A DNA stretch of 63,968 bases, filler included, from Octopus bimaculoides (Eukaryota): assembly GCF_001194135.2 (NCBI RefSeq). It is 4 parts of 4 records of this genome, joined end to end, with 100 filler letters (N's around TTAATTAATTAA, not from the genome) between each part and the next. Parts side by side here need not be neighbours in the genome. Positions count along the whole stretch, not along the records: positions 26,072 to 46,573 come from NC_068998.1; positions 46,674 to 62,835 come from NC_069002.1; 2 more parts are not named here. One strand, given 5' to 3'. Positions 40,337-51,184 of the stretch are shown here, in pieces. The notes beneath the pieces were generated by a model. That model did not search any database. It saw only the letters and a list, made by a program, of their open reading frames with translations, and was not told the origin of the DNA. The stretch's first letter is position 1. Each line of letters begins with the position of its first letter. A program made the translations under genes and the position numbers.

Positions 40337-42189
40337 GTACTAACCGACCACAAATCGGTTAGTTAGTATTAACATGTCCAAACAAATTTAATAAGGCGGT
40401 GAGCTGGCTGAATCGCTAAGGCGTTGGACGAAATGTCGATCGGTATTTCTTCCGACTTTTTAGTTCCTGAGATCAATCCACGCCAGGGTCAACTTCGACT
40501 TTCAGTCCTCCGGGGTCGGTGAAATAAGTACCAGTCATGTACTGAGATCGATATAATTGAGTTCCTCTTCCTCAAAAATTCCAGGACTTCTGCTAATATT
40601 AGAAACGATTCCGCTAAGGTCGATTTTGCTTGTCGTTCTTTCAGGGTCGATAAATTAAGTACTAGTGAAACACTAGTATAAAAGTATAAAAAATAAACCC
40701 CAAGCAAAGACGATATTCTGATGGGAATTTGAACTCGAAACACAAGACATACATTCACGCGCGCGTTTATATACACACATATATAAAATATACATACTGG
40801 TCCTACATGTAAATAGAGAGAAAATAAAGACGGATAATTTTCAGACGGGTAATATTCAAGTATAAATATATAGATATTTATATATTAGCTGAGCAATCTT
40901 ACACAGAATACAAGGACACAGAAAATTAAAGGGAAGACGGTGTGGTGTACAAGTCCGATAACTGTTTTTGGGGGGTTCAGACTTACTTGATAATATTGGC
41001 ATATGTTGTCCCCAAAAATATGCAACCGATAATGGAAACATAAATATTGGGTAGTCCGGCCTCCGTCTTCAGGATGGAGAGATAACAATCTAACATTTCA
41101 ACTCATAATGCAGGAAGTTTTTAAATGTACCCTGCCATTATATTTCCCTGCGTTATGATTTGGGTGCAGCAGAAAAACCTTCTATATTTTATACAGCTAT
41201 TAGCGTGGCACTAATGAAGCTAGGTTAATGATAACGGAGTCTTCATGTAGCGAATGGTTTACCATATTGATCAGAATCATTATCAGCGATTTGAACGTTT
41301 ATCAAAAATGGTAAATGGGTGGTAGTTTTACCGCACCTTGTATTTTTTAAAGTGGTAGTCACGGTGGGAATCTCTTTTATGATAAGTTTGCTGATCAGAG
41401 TTGCGTTAGGATACAACAACAATAACAACTTCTAAAATAACAATAGCAACAATAATAATCAGATAATGTGCAAACGATTAAAATGACCATGGAAGGTTGA
41501 ACAGCTAAATCGATTCCGTCGGGATTTGAACTGGAATCATAAAATGAGGGGTCGAAAACGAAATAAGTAAAGCATTTAATTCTATACTCTGCCGTTTTCT
41601 GTCAAACCCGCCGCCTTAATATATAAATAGATAAATAAATAAAACGAAAGGCAGTGAGAATATAAAAGAAATGGATGAAGACGACGACAAGAAGACAAAC
41701 AACAATAAGAATATAATATAAAAAAAAGTTATGATGACAATAACATCAACAACAATGAAGTCACGTGCAAACGTTTCTGGACAATTGGTTCAGTGAAGTA
41801 ATTTGTTTATTAAATAACAGTAATGAGGGAACTTGAGAGAAAATGAGGCGAGAGGGAAGACATTTGCAGCAATTAAATTGGTAAACATGAGTTATGAAGG
41901 GGGTGGGAGGGAATGAGAGAGAAAAGAGGCAGTGAGAGGTGGTGTACAAAAGGAGCGGGTGAGATAAGGGAAGGACGTGTTAAAGGAGGATGATGAAGGG
42001 GAGGAAGGAGAGGAGCGAGTTGAAAACATGAGAGCGGAGAGAGAGGTTGCGGACAATGGGTTACGAAAAGTGGTAGTGAGAGGAAGTGTACACTGAGAAG
42101 GGTGTGAGATAACATAAGTACATGGAAGAGAAGTAGGAAGGGGAAGAAGTTAGGGAACGCTTCGTAAAGGCAAGGAGAGAGAGAGAGAT

Positions 42190-42224
<35 letters not shown>

Positions 42225-43119
42225 NNNNNNNNNNAGAGAGAGAACGGAGGGTGATGAATGTAAATTAATAGTGGGAGGGAGAGAAAATGAATAAAAAAGG
42301 CAGACGACAAAGTATAAAACAGACGACCAGATGTAGAAGTAAGGATGAGCTGTGATTGGTGGTGTGTGAGTAGGGCGGCTGCATATTATGTATGTGTGTG
42401 TGTTTGTGCATGTGTGTGATAGACTGTCTGTTATACATGTTTGTGTATATGTATGTGTTTTCAAGATTGCTATGTATAATCTATGTGGGTGGGTGTGTGT
42501 GGAGGGGTATTATATATTATCTGTGTACGGTGTGTGTATGGTGCGCTGTGTGCGAGGGAGTGTGTCGGTAAGAGTGTGTGCCGTCTATTATGTATATGTG
42601 TGTGGGAGGATTGTATGTGTGGTGGGGTGTTATGTACTTGTGTGTGTTTGTATGAGTATGTGAGTGATGGACTGTCAGTTGCGTGTGTGTAGGAATACTA
42701 TATGTAATATATGTGTGCTTGTGTGTGTGTGTGTGTGTGTGGAAGATGAGTGAATATGTGTGTGCGTGTGTGTGTAAGTATGTGTGTGTGTGTGTGTATG
42801 TGAGAGAGAGAGAACAGAGAACCCCTCTTCTTTGTTACAAACCCTTTTATTATAACGAGGACAAAATGTCGAACCAAGATTCTTCCTTTCATTTCTTACA
42901 TTTAATATAAGGTGACATATTGAAATGAAGGAAGGGGCAAAGCGCTCTAACTATTGACGCCCCTAACTTTGGGTTGTTGTTGTTGTTGTTGTTGTTGTCG
43001 TCGTCGTTCAACCCCTGGTCACTACTAAGTCCAGCAGACAGACGATCAAATGTATAATTCCAGCCGTAACCACACTGTGGTTTCAGGAAAATATTCCTTT
43101 ATGGAGACCAGTCGAAAGT

Positions 43120-43340
43120 TAGCGAAAAGATCAGGCAAAAACGGCTGCCACTATCTGGTCACTGGAAGCTGCGCAAACGTGGACTGGAAGCTTCCAAATT
43201 AGTCTTCTGGAATCATCTTCATCGTGATGTAAGAAGAAAACGCCGTCACACTTACATCGATAACTTGATCGCAGACATTGGCCTGGAAGGTACGCAAGAC
43301 CTTGAAACACTGAGGTTGGACGGAGAAGTGCAGCCATAAT
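43120..43340 (+). mobile_element. LINE reverse transcriptase C-terminal fragment (RTE-like)
   Basis: RLPLSGHW...EASKLVFW...TYIDNLIADIGLEGTQDLETLRLDGEV. Confidence 0.65.
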
Positions 43341-43648
43341 AATAAAAGAGGAAGATGCAGGGCTGTAGATCATAAATATGGTGGTAGCCTTGAGAGAGAA
43401 GTTTCTGCAAATTCTTACTTAACAACCAGCACCGATGATTTGTTTATAGTGATTAAAATATGTGTGCCATGCATTAACTCATTTGCCCTTCAGGTGCACA
43501 AGTGTCACCCGTCAGATGTCGATGTGATTGCAGAGGAACGTGAAAGGAAGTATTTTGTTCAAGAACACAATTCACTGCTCAAGAATCGAAACCACGATCT
43601 CGTGATCGTGAGTGTAACATTCTAACCACTAGTCCATTTGCCTTCGTG

Positions 43649-43741
<93 letters not shown>

Positions 43742-44481
43742 CCGCACTTCACATGGAATATTTTTTTTAAACGCTTCAAATGCAAAAAAAAAGCAAAAGA
43801 AAATTCGCAAAAAATGGAGGGAGATCTATTACTGAACATAGCTTCATTAATCATATTAATGATTCATTAATCATATTTGTGTATAACAACGAATAAACAA
43901 TATTTTCATGACAATCAATCATCAGCATATAGATTGTCTAAGTCCTTAACTTACATGTTCTAAAATCCAGCGTGTAACGATATCTTTTGCGGAACACAGT
44001 GTAAAATCTGCTCTTCTCATATTTATGTTAGAAAAGTATCATGAAGGATGCTTTACGACAGAAAAGTGCTCTTGTCATGCGTTCGTCTGCTTGATTAGCG
44101 AGTTCACAGATTAGTCTGAAAGGCAATGAGCTGCTAGATTCATTTGGACGTTCAACAAAATGCTTAACAGCATTTCTTTCTGCTCTCTACGCCGTGATTT
44201 CAAATTCCACTGAGGTCAATCGTCCTTTTCATCATTCCAGGGATCGATAAGATAAAGTATCTGTTGAGCACTAGGGTCCTTGAAATCGACTAACCATTTC
44301 CTTTTGCAAGTACTTGCCTTGTCCCAAAACGTGACGACACAATTTTTTTTTCAGAAGAAGAAAGAGTTGATGTGTTGTGAGACCACAATTTTATGTTCAT
44401 GTTTCTTACTATCTGATAAAGGTTAATGGTCCGAAACGTCTGCTTTTTCTTTTTTACATTTCACTGTAATTAAAATCACAG

Positions 44482-44540
44482 AATTCTTCTACGACCGCCC
44501 CTTGCGGCAAGTTATTGCAGACCATCTTCAGCGTCATTGA
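44482..44540 (+). other. Candidate exon of an unidentified gene (possible terminal coding exon EFFYDRPLRQVIADHLQRH*)
   Basis: Strong pyrimidine tract and tcacAG acceptor; GC/CpG-rich, non-repetitive island in AT-rich surroundings. No homologue recognised. Confidence 0.25.
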
Positions 44541-46133
44541 CTTCCGGACATTATCACGCATGCTCAGTGACGGCATGGAGCTGAACATCAACAGCAACAA
44601 CAATTTGGTCTTATGTTACTTTATATTAAACAAGATAAAGAAGCTGATAATATCCTTAATGAAATGGAGCCAGAAATTTTTGTTAATTAAAATTACTAAT
44701 TATTATATAGCAAACGTAATTATTTAACAAGCTCATTTCAATCAAAGAAAACAAGAGACGTAACCGAGAATTTAAACTATAAACGCTATGGCGGTGCCGT
44801 GGGCTTTTCATAAATGGTTATTATTAAACGTACATTATGGCAAGGGGCCAAGTAGGTAAATAGGGAAACAGATAAATACTGTGCAGGTAAAGTACTGAGG
44901 AAAGGTAGTGGATCACCTGTATTGAGGGTTCCTCCATGCTTAGAGAAATATATGTTGTTGTTTAGACCCTGGTGAGCGCTGATTGAGAAGTTCTAGGAAT
45001 GGCACCTTAAACCATGATAATCCCTTCTATACATATCTTGCCGAAGGTGCCACGCAGTGAGACTGAACCCAAAGTAATATAGTTGGGAAGCAAACATCTT
45101 ACCACAGAGCCACTCGGGAAAATATTGTATCGGGAAAAATTGCCTCTATACCTTTCCAGTTATGGTAAGAACGGTAATAACAATAAAGCTATATTTTGTT
45201 AATGAAGTCTAAAAGATGGAAATATGTCCAAAGTTATCGCCGTATTTACAAGAATTCTTCACTCCATTTTACATTTTGCTTAATTTTAAGTAGTTTAAAT
45301 TTCTATATTGTCCCCTTGTCTATTCGCGATGAGACCCATCCTTAACAACACTTTAGACTTTGGTTAAATTTCGGGATCGTCTCCCGTGTTCGCTAAGGAT
45401 CCGTGTTTGCTCATTCTTTGCTGCATTCAGGTTTTTGGTTAATTTCAATTAATTTTTAGAAAGTTAAATTCCGTGTTTGTCTCGCTTGTCTTTCTTCACC
45501 AGAATTAGTAATTCAGATAATACTATTTTCTTATCATTCAGGATGTTGTTTGATTTAATTAACAATAAATACCCTGTCAGCATAGAAAGAGGCAATGCTC
45601 ACGGATAGTATTGCCCTGAAATCGTGGGTCTGCTCGGTCAGGGATGACAAGGAAATTAACTACAACGAAAATAATCAGGACCTTCGAAAATACATTCTCA
45701 CCACGACCACAACTACTACCACGACGACAACGACGACGACCACCACCACCACCACTTTTGCTCGCATTCCCTCCCCACTTCTCTTTCTCTCTCACTCTCT
45801 CGCACTAACATTCTTTCTTTATCTCTTTTTTTCTGGTTTATTGTCTATCACTGTTGTATGATCTCTTTGACTGTTTCTCTCTCTGTCTCTCTCCCTCTCT
45901 GTCTCTCTCCCTCTCTGTCTCTCTCCCTCTCTCCCTCTCTGTCTCTCTCCCTCCCTGTCTNNNNNNNNNNNNNNNNNNNNNNNNNNNNNNNNNNNNNNNN
46001 NNNNNNNNNNNNNNNNNNNNNCTGTCTCTCTCCCTCTCTCCCTCTCTCTCTCTCTGTCTTTCTTCTTAAATAGCTATTTATCTGTTTAACGACCTTAATT
46101 ATCTTTCTCCTACACATACATACTATTTCTTAC

Positions 46134-46177
<44 letters not shown>

Positions 46178-46617
46178 ACATACATGCACACACACACACA
46201 CTCTCTCTCTCTCCGCATCTCTCTGTATTCTCCTCTCTCTCTCTCTCTCTCTGTCTCCCACTTCTCACTCTTCCTCCTTACCACAATTCATCCCCCCACC
46301 CGCGCCCCTTCACCAGCAGCCTGGTCAAACCGATCAAATCAAAACCAATATAAATCTAATAAAATAAAATAAAATAAAATAAAATAAGACCCAACAAACA
46401 CACAAACAACAATAGCAACAACACCTACAACTAGAACAACACAAACCACTGCATAACATAACCAGCCGCCGTCCCTCACACCGCAGCTCGTTCTTCGGTA
46501 ACCTCCGCTTCACCGTTTCACCCTCTTTCTTTCTTTATTTCTGGCCTGCCACCCTACCGTCCGCCCCCCCCCCNNNNNNNNNNNNNNNNNNNNNNNNNNN
46601 NNNNNNNNNNNNNNNNN

Positions 46618-46629
46618 TTAATTAATTAA
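46618..46629. other. Synthetic linker in scaffold spacer 46574-46673
   Basis: N44-TTAATTAATTAA-N44. Confidence 0.95.
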
Positions 46630-46673
46630 NNNNNNNNNNNNNNNNNNNNNNNNNNNNNNNNNNNNNNNNNNNN

Positions 46674-46835
46674 ACTACACTCTCTGAGTGGTTGGCGTTA
46701 GGAAGGGCATCCAGCTGTAGAAACTCTGCCAAATCAGACTGGAGCCTGGTGTTGCCATCCGGTTTCACCAGTCCTCAGTCAAATCGTCCAACCCATGCTA
46801 GCATGGAAAGCGGACGTTAAACGATGATGATGATG
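46674..46835 (+). mobile_element. Retroposon family B, 3' part with (GAT)n tail
   Basis: gagtggttggcgttaggaagggcatccagctgtagaaactctgcc...catgctagcatggaaagcggacgttaaacgatgatg. Other copies at about 47005-47235(-), 51885-52190(-), 55205-55575(-), 55700-55955(+) and 58681-58972(-), with diverged variants at 47425-47565(+) and 52365-52465(+). Confidence 0.85.
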
Positions 46836-46841
46836 ATGATG

Positions 46842-46872
<31 letters not shown>

Positions 46873-47644
46873 TAATTTAGAGAAGAACCACCATGGTGCA
46901 ACTCTAAATTATTAATATATTTCTCATTATATAATTCAATTTGATATTATTAAATTGTATATCCTTGTAAGTTCGGATTTTGTAATTCCCTAACATTATA
47001 ATATATCATCATCATCATCATCATCGTTTAACGTCTGCTTTCCATGCTAGCATGGGTTGGACGATTTGACTGAGGACTGGTGAAACCAGATGGCTACACC
47101 AGGCTCCAAATTGATTTGGCAGAGTTTCTACAGCTGGATGCCCTTCCTAACGCCAACCACTCAGAGAGTGTAGTGGGTGCTTTTATGTGCCACCAGCACG
47201 AAGGCCAGTCAGGCGGTACTGGCAACGGCCACGCTCTACATGTTCACAAATTATCAACACTACTGTCAATATATATATATTACTAGTGATGGAAATAATA
47301 TTAATACCAAAAGGTAATTGTTATATCCAACTTAACATGGATATTTGTGTCTCCTTGTTTTGACCTTGTGTGATTGTTGTAAATGAATGTCCTTCATTTT
47401 CATTATTCTTTAAAAACATTCTGGCTATGGCAAGATATTACCTTGCTTGGAAACAGGTAAGGAGTGGTGATAGGAAGAGCATCCAGCCATAGAAAATCTG
47501 TCTCAATAAAGCTCTGTTTGACCTATGCAAGCATGGAAAAGAGGACGTGAAAACAGTGATGATGATTTAAAGAAGAATTGAACCTTTTCATGCCTCTGTT
47601 TGTCTGAACTCTGTTTTTTTAATTCAATTTTTATATTTTTGCAG

Positions 47645-47702
47645 GCCTTCTGATATAGGTGTTACTGCTGTTGCATCCAACAACATCGTCACTTTGAATA
47701 AG
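47645..47702 (+). CDS. SRP72: SRP72 exon A (PSDIGVTAVASNNIVTLNK)
   Basis: ttttgcag| acceptor and |gtaact donor; matches human PTDVGLLAVIANNIITINK. Confidence 0.93.
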
Positions 47703-48717
47703 GTAACTTTAACAACTTATTCTTGCTCATCAGAAATGCTGACTTTCTATGCAACTAAATGGAATCATCACCCGTTTACCAATTTGTCGAGCTGTTTATA
47801 TTCTCTGTGTCACTTCCATGACCAATTTCATCACCCCCCCCACCGTCATCACCATCATTACCATTCCAGATAGTCGACTCTGTCCAAGTGAATATCTCTT
47901 TTATATTTGTTTAGGAACAGAATGTTTTTGATTCCAAGAAGAAAATCAAAGCTGCCACCTCAGGGAGTGTGAACCAGAAGCTGATGTCGATGCAGCAACG
48001 GAAAATCAAAATGAACCAAGGATTGCTTTATATGTACACCAATCAAGTAAGCAGGATTCAATACCTTTATTGTTATTATCATTGTTATTATTATTATTAA
48101 GGCGGTGAGCTGGCTGAATTGTTATCGTGCTGGATGAAATGTTTCGCAATACTTTGCCCATCGCTATGTTCTGAGTTCAAACTCCAGCAAGGTTGACTTT
48201 ACCTTTCATCCTTTCGGGGGTCGATAAATTAAGTACCAGTTGAGTACTGGGGTCAGTATAATCGATTTAACCCCTGCTCTTTTCCCCGCCCACAATTTCA
48301 GGCCCCTTGTACCTATAGTAGAAAGGATTATATTTTACTACTACTACTGATGCTATAACACNNNNNNNNNNNNNNNNNNNNNNNNNNNNNNNNNNNNNNN
48401 NNNNNNNNNNNNNNNNNNNNNNNNNNNNNNNNNNNNNNNNNNNNNNNNNNNNNNNNNNNNNNNNNNNNNNNNNNNNNTCTCTCCCTCTTCCTCCTCCCTC
48501 TCTTCCTCCACTTCCACCTCTTCTTCCTTCCCCTCCTCCCCTTCTATTACTCCTTTCTACCCCTCCAACTACTACTACTACCTCTACTGACACCACCACA
48601 CCACCACTACTACTTCCATTACCACTACAACCTCCACTCTCCTACTACTACAATAAACAATAATATTACCACCACCACCACCACCACCACCACCACTCCT
48701 GTTTCTCCTTCTGCTGT

Positions 48718-48770
<53 letters not shown>

Positions 48771-51107
48771 CTATTAATACTACTACTACTACTACTACTA
48801 TAGCAAATTCTGTCTGACACTGGCAAGTATTGAAAAGTGAATGTTCGAACAGTAATATACTTGGTTCCCTCCTATTTCTCGGTGACTGTTTAAATATCTC
48901 GCAGTTGAAAACTATTTGTTATTGTCATCAGATTTCAATTTATCTTATTACACACCTATTCAAAGAACTCAGAGCGCCTACAAGCCTCTATCTACCTGGC
49001 AGCTCAATCTGAAATCTCTGTATAATAATCCCTAATCATCTCAAAAAGTATACAGAGGGTCCTGAATGCTGGGTAATGACCAAAAGAATGCAATCACAAA
49101 GTGGCCGAAATGGGGGTTTATTTGAAGGATGGATCTCTGGAGAAAAGTTACTCAACAGGGTACATGCCTCAGACATCGGGGAGTCACTCCTAGTTGAGTC
49201 GCGACTTCTCTGCACTGAGAGGTCACAAATCCGGCACTTTGGGCATGTGATTAGAATGTTGCTTGAGACCACATGGTTGGGTAGAAAGCTTGTTGACCAC
49301 ACCTCCTCACTTGCATCTATACCACCATGCCTGTGTCTATTCTTATTGTTAAATAAATGACTGTTATTTGTTCTTCTAAGTTGTTTGTATTTGTTTTTAT
49401 TCTCAGAGTGACCAAGTACGCAATGTTGTCAAAGAACTTCAGGACAAGTTCTCCGATGCCAGCTCGGCCGTTCTCATTGAAGTGGCACAACATGTTCGGG
49501 ACAAACATGTTCCAAAAGCCATCGAAGTTCTCAAGGTACAAATCATCATCTTCTTCACGTCTTTTACTTTTCTTTGTAAAAGCTTCAGTCAATTTTTTTT
49601 CTCTTTTAAGGAATAAATATGGCATAAAATTCAAATTGTTGCTCTCACCTGCAACTTATGAATTCTGTTAACAATTGCCTCATCTGTTTCTACTTCCTTA
49701 GCTGTATTGTATTTTATGAGTTACCCCATTTCTAATTTGCTTTCTCTGTTACCCCATCAATTTTTCCCCCCCTTCACTTACCCTATCTTTCTATTGGTTT
49801 GTCTTTAGTCACAGACTCCAGGTTCTTGGTCTTCTTGAGAAACCTCAGCTCTGGCCATTGGCCATTCCTGCAGCTCATCCATCAATTCTTTATTTACTCT
49901 TCCAATAATCCACTAGTTTTATTAATCCTACCTATAATCCATTGTCTTTGTTAATCCTATCTTTAATCCATTGTCTGTGTTTTAGAATTACATTGCTAAA
50001 GATTCCGTTGACGAGAGGATTAAGCTGATATTATCTCAGCTATACCTAAGCCAGGGAAGTGTGTTCCAGGCCTGCGATGTACTCAAGTCCATAGAGACGT
50101 TACGTTATAAACCAGCTGTGGTGAGTAGCTTTCTTCTTAGCATCTACTTACATCATTATGGCTATTGCTGTTGTTTTCTTGTTGTTTGGCTCCAGGTCTG
50201 TCCTAGTCCAGCAGACCCAGGATCAAGGGCGTTCCATCCATGACCATCATGTCTTTCTTTTTGCATTTATGTATTTAGGACTGCATTATATATGTATTTA
50301 GAGTTCCTTCTACATTAACTTATTTTGTCCTCTGTAGGTCGGCGTATTGGTGTCGTTGTATGTGAGTCAGGAAGATGTACAATCAGCATCGAAGACCCTC
50401 GGTGATGCTGTTACTTGGCATAAACAGAACATGGTAAGAAATTACAACTTTGATGATTTTGTGTGTGTGTTTGGTGGATATAGTTTTAGACAAAGGGTTG
50501 ACGTACTTTACATTGTGTGTGTGTGTGTATGACATTGGAGTGTATTTGGTGAGTATGGTTTGGATAAAGGGTTGACGTACTTGTAGCAGGAATATTTAGC
50601 AGTCGCCTGATGTTGCGGTTTGCTAGGCTATTACTCATGTGATCAACAAAATCTGACCAATCAGGAATTTGCATCGAATAGGCTCCAGTGACAATTTCAT
50701 CTTTTGGCATACTTCTCTCTGAGCCAAACCATCAATATAAATTTAGCACACCTCGTCTACCTGACAGAAAACTTTGGGATGCTGCAGAGAGGGCATTGAC
50801 GGACAGCAAAGATGAGATGGTAGACGGACGATGAACAGATAGACAGACAAGTAGATACAGACTGCATTTTCTTGTATATAAGTTGATTTTTACAAATAAA
50901 AAATTAGCAGCCAAAATAATGGTAAGTTGACTTACACACCAAAACGACTTTGGAAAACCGAAAATTCCATGTGGAATGTAGCAGGATTTAGAAAAAAATT
51001 GAAAATTTACCCTGGCATCTTGGGCAAGTGTCTTCTACTATAGCCTTGGGCCAACCAAAGCCTTGTGAGTGGATTTGGTAGACGGAAACTGAAAGAAGCC
51101 CGTCGTA

Positions 51108-51184
<77 letters not shown>

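Noticed and set aside
41243-41428. Cadherin-like INVQIADNDSD motif on the minus strand
   Set aside because: No PxF, LDRE or DxD context and no long ORF, whereas octopus protocadherin ectodomains are encoded by long exons.
43440-43625. Exon-like ORF VHKCHPSDVDVIAEERERKYFVQEHNSLLKNRNHD
   Set aside because: Its 3' half is the reverse complement of a tRNA-derived SINE head.
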